Below are positions 1-14,376 of a stretch of 62,000 nucleotides of DNA, one piece after another. Source of the DNA: Hyalangium minutum (GTDB taxonomy: Bacteria > Myxococcota > Myxococcia > Myxococcales > Myxococcaceae). The position numbers were made by a program, and so were the translations under genes. Under the pieces are notes generated by a model, which was given only the letters and a program-made list of their open reading frames with translations, was not told where the DNA came from and ran no database searches. Location of the stretch: NCBI RefSeq assembly GCF_000737315.1, contig NZ_JMCB01000003.1, positions 144,001 through 206,000 of the forward strand, read 5' to 3'. The stretch's first letter is position 1, and every line of letters begins with the position of its first letter.

Positions 1-433
1 ACAGCACCCGGGTGCGCTCGATTGCGAGGACCTCGGCACCCTGAAGCGTGCTTCCCACGGCAATGGTGCGCGTGCGCTGGGACGTGGGCTCATACACGGA
101 GGCCAGGGACATGTCCGTCGAGGCGGAGGTCAGGGTTCCCAGCAGCTTGAGCCCGAGCTGGGTGGGCACGGTGACGGTGAGGACGGCGGTGGAGGGCTGA
201 CTAGGAGTTCGCAGGGACAGCCCCGTGTAGCGGGCCAGCTCTTCGGCGGAGAGGGGCATGACCGTGGCGGTCGAGGCGCTGACGGGCTCCTGTCGAGCGG
301 GCTCCGAGGCGGTGGGGAGTGTCGCGAGCGACGCACCCAGGAGCGTGTTGACCGTTTGCGCCACCAGCAAGCACGCGCACGCGAGCATGGCGAAGGTAAA
401 CGCATGAAACGCGGGACGAATGAGCGACCTCAT
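1..433 (-). CDS. Type II secretion GspC-like protein, N-terminal part only (runs off the window start; absent from the ORF track)
   Basis: Hand translation from ATG at 433: MRSLIRPAFHAFTFAMLACACLLVAQTVNTLLG (N-terminal TM) ... LGLKLLGTLTSASTDMSLASVYEPTSQRTRTIAVGSTLQGAEVLAIERTRVL, resembling the GspC HR domain; AGGAGG RBS at 445-440. Confidence 0.7.
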   Translation of the reverse strand, partial: MRSLIRPAFHAFTFAMLACACLLVAQTVNTLLGASLATLPTASEPARQEPVSASTATVMPLSAEELARYTGLSLRTPSQPSTAVLTVTVPTQLGLKLLGTLTSASTDMSLASVYEPTSQRTRTIAVGSTLQGAEVLAIERTRVL

Positions 434-473
434 GGGCAGCCTCCTGATGTGGACAGTGAATGCCCGCGCTCAA

Positions 474-489
474 AGCAAGCCAGATACCA
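474..489 (-). promoter_or_regulatory. Sigma54 (-24/-12) promoter for the gspC-like gene
   Basis: Minus strand reads TGGTATCTGGCTTGCT: GG-N10-GC with TTGC at -12, about 40 nt upstream of the ATG. Confidence 0.55.
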
Positions 490-790
490 ACCGCAGCACT
501 GCGGGCTGCCCCGAGGGGGCGCTGCGAGGCCTGACCGGACTCGGGTTCGTGCCGCATGACAGAGTGTCAATGCGGGCCTGAGGGCCGTGACGACGCGTCT
601 GCCGGAGGCCCCACCGTCCACGCAGGGAGACGCGAGTCCACGGCGTGAGACGGTCGTGAAGCAGGAATCAACGACTTCCCGGACGCGTGTCCCTTGGACC
701 CACACAACCTGACGGGTAGGCGCGCCAATTGCTAACGGAATACGTCGGGGGAGCATTGACGCGCGCGCCCGTCCGCCGCACGCTTAGGGC

Positions 791-1606
791 ATGGGACGGC
801 ACGCATATAAGGGCGAAGGACCATTCCCCCAGGCTCCGACGCAAGAGGAGTGGGAGGCGATGGGACCGGAGGAGAGGGCCCGGGTGGTGGAGTCACTGCC
901 TGGGGAGGTGACGTGGGACGAGATGGCGATGCCCGAGGGGGATCCACACTTCGGGGCGAAGGTGCGGACCTTGGATGTGCTCAAGGGCTACTTCCGCAAT
1001 CAGAAGCGCAAGGTGTACCTGGGCGCGGAGCTGCCTGTGTACTACCCGGCGGAGCGGCGCTTCGCTCCGGACTTGGTGGCCGTGCTGGATACCGAGCCGC
1101 ACGAGCGCAACAAATGGGTGGTGAGCCATGAGGGCAAGGGGCTGGACTGGGTGTTGGAGGTTCACTTCGGCGGCGACCGGAAGAAGGACGCCGTCTTCAA
1201 TGTGAAGCGGTACGCGCAGTTGGGCATCCCTGAGTACTTCATCTACGACCGGCGCAAGCAGCGGCTGGAGGCCTACCGGCTGCTGTCGCCCGAGTCGCGC
1301 AGGTACGAGCGGATGCTGCCCAGGCAAGGCCGGTTCGTGTCCGAGGTGCTCGGGCTGGAACTGGAGGTGTCCGAGGAGAAGCTCCAGCTGTGGGCGGGCA
1401 ACGCGCTCCTCTTGGAGTCCGCGGAGATGTTGGCCCGGGTGCAGGAGAAGCTGGAGCAGGTGGCTCTTCAGCGGGAGGAAGAGGCGCGGCGTCGCGAGGA
1501 GATGGAACTCCGATTGGCCGAGGAAACGCGCCGGCGTGAGGAGACAGAGCAACGCCTGAGAGTGCTTCAGGCGGAGGTGGAGCACCTCCAACGCCCCAAG
1601 GAGTAG
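791..1606 (+). CDS. Uma2/DUF820 family putative endonuclease with C-terminal coiled-coil tail
   Basis: MPEGDPH, APDLVAV, DWVLEVHF, YAQLGIPEYFIYD motifs; EEEARRREE-type tail. Confidence 0.85.
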   Translation: MGRHAYKGEGPFPQAPTQEEWEAMGPEERARVVESLPGEVTWDEMAMPEGDPHFGAKVRTLDVLKGYFRNQKRKVYLGAELPVYYPAERRFAPDLVAVLDTEPHERNKWVVSHEGKGLDWVLEVHFGGDRKKDAVFNVKRYAQLGIPEYFIYDRRKQRLEAYRLLSPESRRYERMLPRQGRFVSEVLGLELEVSEEKLQLWAGNALLLESAEMLARVQEKLEQVALQREEEARRREEMELRLAEETRRREETEQRLRVLQAEVEHLQRPKE

Positions 1607-1637
1607 GGCAGGGGAGGCGCTCAACGGCCGGGATGGC

Positions 1638-3101
<1,464 letters not shown>

Positions 3102-3104
3102 GGC

Positions 3105-7661
<4,557 letters not shown>

Positions 7662-7894
7662 CAGTAGATTCCCTCCTTCACTGCTAGGCACAGCGTGTTC
7701 ACTCGCGAACCTCGGATGGTAATGCGGCGCGTCAGGTTGGGTAAAGGAGAGTCTGAAGAGGGGCTGCTTTGGTTGGGGGGACAGGAAGCAGGCATGGCGG
7801 GTTCGCGCAGAGCCAGGGCGGCGTTCTTCCAGATCCACGCAGCGCGTCAAGGGGAGCGTGACGCACCTGCTGCCGTGTTATCCCTTCCTCTGTC

Positions 7895-9097
7895 ATGGCC
7901 TCCACCGAACGCCTCTACTTCAGCGATCCTTTCCTTCACCAATTCACCGGACGCGTGATTGCGCACGCCGCCTGGAATGGGACCTTGTCGGTTGTGCTCG
8001 ATCGCACGGCCTTCTACCCGGAGGCTGGCGGTCAGATGGCGGATCGCGGGCTGCTCGGCGGCTACGCGGTGAAGGACGTGCAGGTGGATGACGCGGGGGT
8101 GGTCCACCACGTGCTGGAGCTGTCCGAGGGGAAGGCGCTGCCCGAGGTGGGCGCCGAGCTGGCGGGACAGATCGATCGGGCCCGCCGCCGCGTGCACATG
8201 GCGCTGCACACGGGCCAGCACATGCTCTCGCGGGCCCTGGTGGATGTGGCTCAGGCGAACACCATCTCCTCGCGCCTGGGCGAGACGCTCTGCACCATCG
8301 ACGTGGATCTGGAAGTCCTTGACGAGGCGCGCGTCGCCGAGGCGGAGGAACTGGTCAACTCGGTGATCGATGACGACGTGGCGATCCGGTCCTTCTTCCC
8401 GACGGTCGAGGAGCTGGCGGCTCTGCCGCTGCGCCGGGCTCCCAAGGTGACGGACAACATCCGCGTGGTGCAGATCGGCGAGTTCGATGTGTCCCCTTGC
8501 GGAGGGACCCACTGCACGCGGTCGGCGCAGGTGGGGATGATCCGGGTGCTCGGTGTGGAGCGCTATAAAGGTAAGGGACGCGTGTCGTTCTCCGCCGGCC
8601 GCCGTGCGCGGACCGAGCTGTGGCAGGAGGCCGGGACGCTCCGGGGCCTGAGCCGCGCCTTCACGTGCGGCCCGGGCGAGGTGCCGGTGGTGATCGACAA
8701 GATCCGTCGCGATCTCACCGAGACGCGGGAGGCGCTGGGTGCGGTCCGGGCGAAACTGGCTGATCAGGCCGCCGTGGAGCTGGCCGCTGCATTGGAGAAG
8801 TCTCCGGAGCGCCGGGTGGTGGCGGTGCTCGAGGGCGCCAACCCCGAGTCGCTGCGCGCGATCGCCGCGAGGCTCACGTCCCAGCCAGAGTCCGTGGTGC
8901 TGCTCGCGGGCCGCGCGCCCGAGGGCATGCCAGTGCTGATCGCTCGAGGGAGTGGCTCCAGCTTCGGGTGTGGCGCCTTCCTCAAGCGTCTGGCCGAGGC
9001 TGCGGGAGGCCGAGGCGGTGGCCGTCCCGAGCATGCCGAGGGCCGCCTGCCCCCAGGCACGGACTTCCCAGGGCTCGTCGCCCAGCTTCTCGGATGA
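7895..9097 (+). CDS. AlaX-type alanyl-tRNA editing protein with C-terminal DHHA1 domain
   Basis: LDRTAFYPEAGGQMADRG, HTGQH, CGGTH, C-terminal GRGGG. Confidence 0.85.
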   Translation: MASTERLYFSDPFLHQFTGRVIAHAAWNGTLSVVLDRTAFYPEAGGQMADRGLLGGYAVKDVQVDDAGVVHHVLELSEGKALPEVGAELAGQIDRARRRVHMALHTGQHMLSRALVDVAQANTISSRLGETLCTIDVDLEVLDEARVAEAEELVNSVIDDDVAIRSFFPTVEELAALPLRRAPKVTDNIRVVQIGEFDVSPCGGTHCTRSAQVGMIRVLGVERYKGKGRVSFSAGRRARTELWQEAGTLRGLSRAFTCGPGEVPVVIDKIRRDLTETREALGAVRAKLADQAAVELAAALEKSPERRVVAVLEGANPESLRAIAARLTSQPESVVLLAGRAPEGMPVLIARGSGSSFGCGAFLKRLAEAAGGRGGGRPEHAEGRLPPGTDFPGLVAQLLG

Positions 9098-9133
9098 ACG
9101 GACGAGCCCCTCGACTGTCGGGGGGCTTGCTGC

Positions 9134-10027
9134 TCAGCCCTTCCGGGCGATGAAGTCGCGCAGGTGCCGGATGACCTCGGCTGGCTTCTGCAGGGTGACC
9201 CAGTGTGTTGCTCCCGGGATCTTGTGGATCGTGAGATCGGGTGCGAGCTGATCGAGTCCCTCGAGGCCGCTCGGCAAGAGGTAGGGATCCTGCTCTCCCC
9301 AGAGCACGAGCACGGGGAAGCGGACCTTCCACTGCTCCTGGGAGAGCCCGTCCATCAAGTTGCTGCCACCCGGAGAGCCTTGTCCGTCTGGAGGGCCGAT
9401 CTGGGCAGCCCGGTAGTAGTTGAGGCCGGCGTCGACGGCCCCGGGCTGCTTCAGGGCCTGGAGCCACTCGGCCTCGTCCTCGGCGGAGAGCGCGGCGCCG
9501 TGCTGACGGGCATCCTCGAAGATGGCCTGCTTCGCGAAGGCGAAGTCATTGCCGGAGATCTGCTGGTCGAAGCCCGGGGTCCGGAAGCCCAGCATGTACT
9601 GGCTGGCCTCCTGCTGCTTGGGGTTCTCGCGCAGATCGCGGTTGAAGAGGGCGGGGTGGGTGATGTTCACCGTGACGAAGCGGCGGATGAGCTCCGGGTG
9701 ACGAAGCACGAAGCTCCAGCCCAGGAGCGCACCCCAGTCCTGGCACACCACCGTGAGCCTGCGCAGGCCCAGGTGCTCCACGAGCGCGCGCACGTCTTCT
9801 ACGAGGTTCTCGATGCGGTACGCCTCGACGTCCGTGGGGCGAGAGGTGAGGTTGTAGCCCCGGAGGTCTGGGGCGATGACCCGGTGGTCCTTTGAGAACT
9901 CCGCCATCAAGCCCTTCCAGACGCCCCAGTACTCGGGGAAGCCGTGGAGGAACAGGAGGGGCTCACCCGTTCCCTGAGTCACATAGTGCATACGGATGCC
10001 GTTGACGTCCGCGTAGGCGTGCTGCAT
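9134..10027 (-). CDS. Alpha/beta hydrolase, epoxide hydrolase-like (start moved to ATG 10027)
   Basis: LHGFPE, APDLRGYN, QDWG nucleophile elbow, LNYYRA, LWGEQD, HWV. Confidence 0.9.
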   Translation of the reverse strand: MQHAYADVNGIRMHYVTQGTGEPLLFLHGFPEYWGVWKGLMAEFSKDHRVIAPDLRGYNLTSRPTDVEAYRIENLVEDVRALVEHLGLRRLTVVCQDWGALLGWSFVLRHPELIRRFVTVNITHPALFNRDLRENPKQQEASQYMLGFRTPGFDQQISGNDFAFAKQAIFEDARQHGAALSAEDEAEWLQALKQPGAVDAGLNYYRAAQIGPPDGQGSPGGSNLMDGLSQEQWKVRFPVLVLWGEQDPYLLPSGLEGLDQLAPDLTIHKIPGATHWVTLQKPAEVIRHLRDFIARKG

Positions 10028-10117
10028 GGCGTGAGACCTCCTGTGTCCGGTGAGCGCGGTGTGCGGTGCCCGAGAGGATGCCTGAATCCCCTCCAGGCAG
10101 TCGCATAGAATGGGGGG

Positions 10118-10546
10118 ATGCGTCTCCCCGCTACCCTGGTGGCTCCTGCGGACCCAGCGCGCTCCCGGTGGCGGATCCTGCCGCTGCTGCTGCTGCTGCC
10201 CGTGCTGGGGCTGGGCTCGCGCTCGGGGGCTCCCTGGCTGCCCTCCTTCGTCGCGGAATACGCGGGGGACACGCTCTGGACGATGATGGTGTACGTGTGC
10301 CTCGTCTTTGTCTGGCCCCGCCTCTCGGTGGCCCAGGCGGCAGGGGCGGCGCTGGCGATCTCCTTCGCGGTCGAGTTCAGTCAGCTCTACCGTGCCCCCT
10401 GGATCGATGCGCTGCGCGCACATCGCCTGGGGGCACTGGTGCTCGGACGTGGTTTTCTGGGATCGGATCTGGTCTGTTACACCGTGGGCGCGCTGGTGGC
10501 GGCGGGAGCGGAGAGGTTGCTCGCCCAGCAACAGAGCGGGGAATGA
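10118..10546 (+). CDS. DUF2809-like membrane protein
   Basis: YAGDTLW, VEFSQLY, LVLGRGF..SDLVCYTVG. Confidence 0.75.
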   Translation: MRLPATLVAPADPARSRWRILPLLLLLPVLGLGSRSGAPWLPSFVAEYAGDTLWTMMVYVCLVFVWPRLSVAQAAGAALAISFAVEFSQLYRAPWIDALRAHRLGALVLGRGFLGSDLVCYTVGALVAAGAERLLAQQQSGE

Positions 10547-10599
10547 GTCCCCGGGGAATAGGCGTTGGGCATACATTCGTGAATACTCCAGACACGAGC

Positions 10600-11094
10600 A
10601 TGACTTCTTCCCCGACCTTGACGGTGGTTGCGCAGACGGCTCCCAGCAATGAGAGCCTCTTCACCGCGTTCCGCGAGGAGCGCACCTCGAAGGTGCGCTG
10701 GCTCTTCGTGCTGTTGGTGCCGCTCCTGGGGCTGCTCGCGGCCTGGGGGTCGATGCACGGGCAGGAGCACGCGGTGCGCATCGTCACGGCGCATGGCTTC
10801 AAGATGGTTCAGCCGGGCATGTCCCAGGCGGACGTGGTCGCGCGGCTGGGCAACCCCATTGGCAAGACTACCCGGGCGGACGGGGCGGAGTGCGTCCAGT
10901 ACGGTGTGTTCTCCGTCACCGAGCCGTCCACCAACGTGTACGTGCTCTGCTACGTGGATGGGGTGCTCCAGGACGTGACGACGCGGCGCTACTCGCTGTG
11001 GACGGTGGATCCCTCCACCGGTGAGTTCATGCCGGCGGGCGTTCCGATGGAAGAGGAGCCGGCCAAGAAGCCTGCTCCTGTGCCCACGCCCTGA
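10600..11094 (+). CDS. Membrane-anchored protein with SmpA/OmlA (BamE)-like domain
   Basis: One TM helix, then VQPGMSQADVVARLGNP; start ATG 10600 chosen. Confidence 0.55.
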   Translation: MTSSPTLTVVAQTAPSNESLFTAFREERTSKVRWLFVLLVPLLGLLAAWGSMHGQEHAVRIVTAHGFKMVQPGMSQADVVARLGNPIGKTTRADGAECVQYGVFSVTEPSTNVYVLCYVDGVLQDVTTRRYSLWTVDPSTGEFMPAGVPMEEEPAKKPAPVPTP

Positions 11095-11098
11095 TCGC

Positions 11099-11707
11099 AT
11101 GCGGACGAAAGCTTCGCCGCCCATTTCCCACCTGAGTGGCAAGGCGGCGCTCCCGCTGATCGAGGCTTACTTCGAGTTCAACCACCTGAAGCAGCTCTAC
11201 CGTCAGGGCTGGCTCCGCGTGGGCATTTCTCCCGAGCGCTGCGAGAGCGTCGCCGAGCACTCCCTCGGCGTGGCCTTGCTGTGCCTCTTCATCGCCGACA
11301 GTTGGTTCCCCGAGGCGGATGCCTCCAAGGTCGTCCGGATCGCGCTGCTGCACGATCTGGGGGAGGCCCGTGTCGGTGACATCACTCCGCACGACGGCGT
11401 GAACCCCACCCAGAAGCACGCGCTGGAGCGTCAGGCCGTGGCGCAGATCCTCGGCAAGCTGCCGCGTGGCGCCGAGTACCTCGCGCTCTGGGAGGAGTAC
11501 GAGCAGGGCGCCTCCTTCGAGGCGAAGCTGGTGCGCCAGGTGGATCGGCTCGAGATGTCGCTCCAGGCCTGCGTCTACGAGCACCAGGGTTTTGGGGACC
11601 TGTCGCAGTTCTTCGCCTCGGCCGAGAAGGTCATGGAGTCGCCTCAGCTCCGGGCCGTCCTGACGGAGCTTCAGGCTCTGCGGCCCCCTCGCGCTGCTGC
11701 TCCCTGA
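11099..11707 (+). CDS. HD-domain hydrolase (YfbR/HDDC2-like 5'-deoxynucleotidase family)
   Basis: RQGW, ESVAEHS, LLHDLGEARVGDITP, LWEEYE, DRLEM. Confidence 0.85.
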   Translation: MRTKASPPISHLSGKAALPLIEAYFEFNHLKQLYRQGWLRVGISPERCESVAEHSLGVALLCLFIADSWFPEADASKVVRIALLHDLGEARVGDITPHDGVNPTQKHALERQAVAQILGKLPRGAEYLALWEEYEQGASFEAKLVRQVDRLEMSLQACVYEHQGFGDLSQFFASAEKVMESPQLRAVLTELQALRPPRAAAP

Positions 11708-11719
11708 ACTCGCTTCGGC

Positions 11720-12574
11720 TCACCCGAACCAGGCGTTGGTGCTGGGGGCGAACACCTGGATGCGCTGTCTCAAGGCCTCCGGGACTCGCTGGCGGATGAG
11801 ATCGTGCACCTGCTGCGGCCCGTAGAGCTGGCTGAAGTGCATCAGCACGAGCGCTTCGTTCTTGAACAGGTCCGCCCGGTCGATGATCTCGTCCAGGTGC
11901 GTGTGAAGGCGCTCCTGCGTCTCCTCCACGGTCCGTTTCGGGTCCAGGTACGTGCTCTCCAGGATGAGCACCCGGCTCTCCAGGATCGACGGCGCGGACT
12001 CCAGTACCCGCGCCAATGTATCCGTGGCGTAGGCCACCTCGAGCCGCTCGACCTCCTCGAAGATCCCAGGGGTGCCCTCACGCCGGAGGCGGGCGATCTC
12101 CTCGCCTGGGAGCCCCTGGTGCTCGGGCTTCAGCTTCGTGACGCGCTTGAGGAACTGGTAGCCGAGCGATGGGCCCGCATGGTGGGTCCGGAAGGCACGC
12201 ACCCAGATGTCCCGGTCCACCTTGCGAGTGTCCCCTGGCAGCATGGGAATGGTCTCGTACGCGACCTCTGAGCGGTGCAGGCGGCCCAGGGCCTCGAGCG
12301 CCTCGCGGACCGCTGACTCGATCTCCGCAGGGAGGTACACCTGGGCGGGCGAGTGCTTGCCTACCAGCCCTCGGATCGCGAGCAGCGAACCCAGGGCGCT
12401 CGCATGGTCCGCGTGGCCGTGACTCAGGAAGAGATGATCCGTCGTGGCGAAGCTCCGCAGCGGGACGCCTGCGTCCAGCACCACGCCCAACTCCGGCACC
12501 TGCAGTGATGTGTAGACCCCCGCTACCGAGATCCCTCGGACGGTGTAAGGGCCTGCCTGCACTTCGGTCAGCAT
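11720..12574 (-). CDS. Short RNase Z-like MBL-fold hydrolase with TM-type arm
   Basis: SHGHADH, THH..PSLGY, KLKPEHQGLPGEEI arm, YATDT, LILESTY, HTHL, LMHFSQLY. Confidence 0.75.
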   Translation of the reverse strand: MLTEVQAGPYTVRGISVAGVYTSLQVPELGVVLDAGVPLRSFATTDHLFLSHGHADHASALGSLLAIRGLVGKHSPAQVYLPAEIESAVREALEALGRLHRSEVAYETIPMLPGDTRKVDRDIWVRAFRTHHAGPSLGYQFLKRVTKLKPEHQGLPGEEIARLRREGTPGIFEEVERLEVAYATDTLARVLESAPSILESRVLILESTYLDPKRTVEETQERLHTHLDEIIDRADLFKNEALVLMHFSQLYGPQQVHDLIRQRVPEALRQRIQVFAPSTNAWFG

Positions 12575-12665
12575 GCCCGGCAAGGCTAATGGCCGGGCCC
12601 TCGGAGGGACACTGGAACTTGTAGCAGGGGCTCGGGATGCCAACGTTCCGAGTGAGAGGACGACC

Positions 12666-12884
12666 ATGCGAACGACTCCGACTTCGGCCCTTGTGCTGTT
12701 TCTCCTCGCTCCGGTCCTGGCGCTCGCCCAGCCGGGGATGGGGCCTACTGACGACCGCTGGGTGACCCAGAGCTCGGGCTTCTGGTTCTGGGTGATTGCC
12801 TTGGCCATCGCCGTGGTGGCCTTCATCGTGGCCAACGTCGTCTTCAATCGGCGATTGCCGCCCACGGGCCCCCGGGGACTCTGA
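12666..12884 (+). CDS. Small (72 aa) exported/membrane protein
   Basis: GAGAGGA RBS; signal peptide (LVLFLLAPVLALA-Q) and C-terminal TM followed by RR. Confidence 0.6.
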   Translation: MRTTPTSALVLFLLAPVLALAQPGMGPTDDRWVTQSSGFWFWVIALAIAVVAFIVANVVFNRRLPPTGPRGL

Positions 12885-12978
12885 GCCGCAGAGGCGTGGC
12901 GCAGGCTGTCTGTCTGCAAGGCAGCCTGGCGCCGGTGGGGCAGGGGAGCATGTGACCCGCCGAGGCGTTGGCTTCATC

Positions 12979-14280
12979 ATGCGTCTCGTGAGGCCCGCCT
13001 GCTGCACCGCCGTGCTGCTCCTCCTGCTGGGGATGCCCCGGCCCGCGGCGGCCTTCTCCGTGGGCGACCACCAGGCCCTGACCGAGGCCGCGCTGAAGGC
13101 GGCAGGCTCCGAGGCGCGCCCGCTGCTCGCGGCACACCGTGACGCGGTGCTGCATGGCGCCACCGCCGAGGATCTCAACCTCCACGTGAAGTGGACCGGC
13201 TGGCACCACTTCTATTGCCCCGAGGGCTCACTCCATACCGCTCTGCGCCACGCCTCCGACGCCCGGGTGCGGGAACTCTGGGAGGAGGCCTTGGAGGCCG
13301 CACGCCACGGCGATCTGGAGCGTGCCTTCGATCGCGCGGGGCACCTTGCCCACCACGTGCAGGACATGGCCTCGCCACCCCACGTGGTGCCGGTGAACCA
13401 CGGGCTGTGGGATCGCTTCGAGCGGTATGGGGTCCGTGCCTCGCTGGCGCGGGCTCCGAGCCGCCAGGTGGCGCCACTTCCGGGTGCGGAGGCGCAGCAG
13501 GCGCTCGCGCGCGAGACACTGGCCGCCGTGCGGAGCGACTCACTGCCCACGTCTCACGGTCCGATCCCCTGGAGTGCCTTCTGGTCCGAGCCTTCCACCC
13601 GTGTCGCCGCAGCCTTCGGCAGTTACGGCGGAGAGGCGGGCAACGCGTTCGGCGTTCGCGAGGTGCGCTGGCAGGGCAAGCGCCACCCCATCGAGCCCGC
13701 AGGCTACGCTGCCTTCATGGACGCGCGGGTCTCCGGCGCGGTGGCGTACACCCGAGCCTTCCTCGAGTGGGCAAGTGATCGCTTCGAAGAGGTCGCCGCC
13801 GCGAAGGAGTCTGTCGCCTTGCGCGGCTTCCGCCCATCGCCCGAGCTGTCTCTGCAGCTCTTGGGCGGAGTGACCCGGGACTCGCGAGGAACCACCTCGG
13901 TGCTCGGCCTCCGCGCGGCACTCCCGCTGCCTCGTGCGTTCATGCTGTCGCTGGATTGGACTCGAGGTGTGGGCAGCATGCAGGCCGCGCGACGCTCGGG
14001 AGGCACGTCCCTGGTCCTGCTCACGCCGCCGCTGTGGACGGCCCGGCCCGGTTATCCCCTGGGGCTCGATCTGCGGGCCGCCGTGGGCGTGGGCCTGGTT
14101 CCTTGGGAGGGACAACAGCGGATCAGCGTACCTGCCGGGTTGCGCGCGCACGCGGCTCTGCCCACCCCCTTCTCCCTGAGCGCACAGGTGCTCTACCAGG
14201 GACTCCAGCCTCCCGGCGGCACGTGGAGCCATGGCGTCGCTTTCACCCTGGGAGCGGGTCTGGCCTGGGGAGACCGATAA
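12979..14280 (+). CDS. Secreted Zn-dependent phospholipase C / S1-P1 nuclease-fold protein with C-terminal beta-rich domain
   Basis: Signal peptide then FSVGDH, AED, WHHFY, HLAHHVQDMASPPH, HGLWDRFE; last ~140 aa are alternating beta-strands. Confidence 0.7.
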   Translation: MRLVRPACCTAVLLLLLGMPRPAAAFSVGDHQALTEAALKAAGSEARPLLAAHRDAVLHGATAEDLNLHVKWTGWHHFYCPEGSLHTALRHASDARVRELWEEALEAARHGDLERAFDRAGHLAHHVQDMASPPHVVPVNHGLWDRFERYGVRASLARAPSRQVAPLPGAEAQQALARETLAAVRSDSLPTSHGPIPWSAFWSEPSTRVAAAFGSYGGEAGNAFGVREVRWQGKRHPIEPAGYAAFMDARVSGAVAYTRAFLEWASDRFEEVAAAKESVALRGFRPSPELSLQLLGGVTRDSRGTTSVLGLRAALPLPRAFMLSLDWTRGVGSMQAARRSGGTSLVLLTPPLWTARPGYPLGLDLRAAVGVGLVPWEGQQRISVPAGLRAHAALPTPFSLSAQVLYQGLQPPGGTWSHGVAFTLGAGLAWGDR

Positions 14281-14376
14281 CCCTCCGGCATGTGGGGCGC
14301 GGTGCGGCATGAGCACCGGATCGTGACGGGCCGGTGGTTCCGTGTGGATCCATTTTCAGGTATTCCCTTCGCGCCC

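Noticed and set aside
791-1606. Uma2 gene as a defence system or mobile element
   Set aside because: It is a solitary gene with no methylase, partner or flanking repeats; such paralogues are common in myxobacteria.
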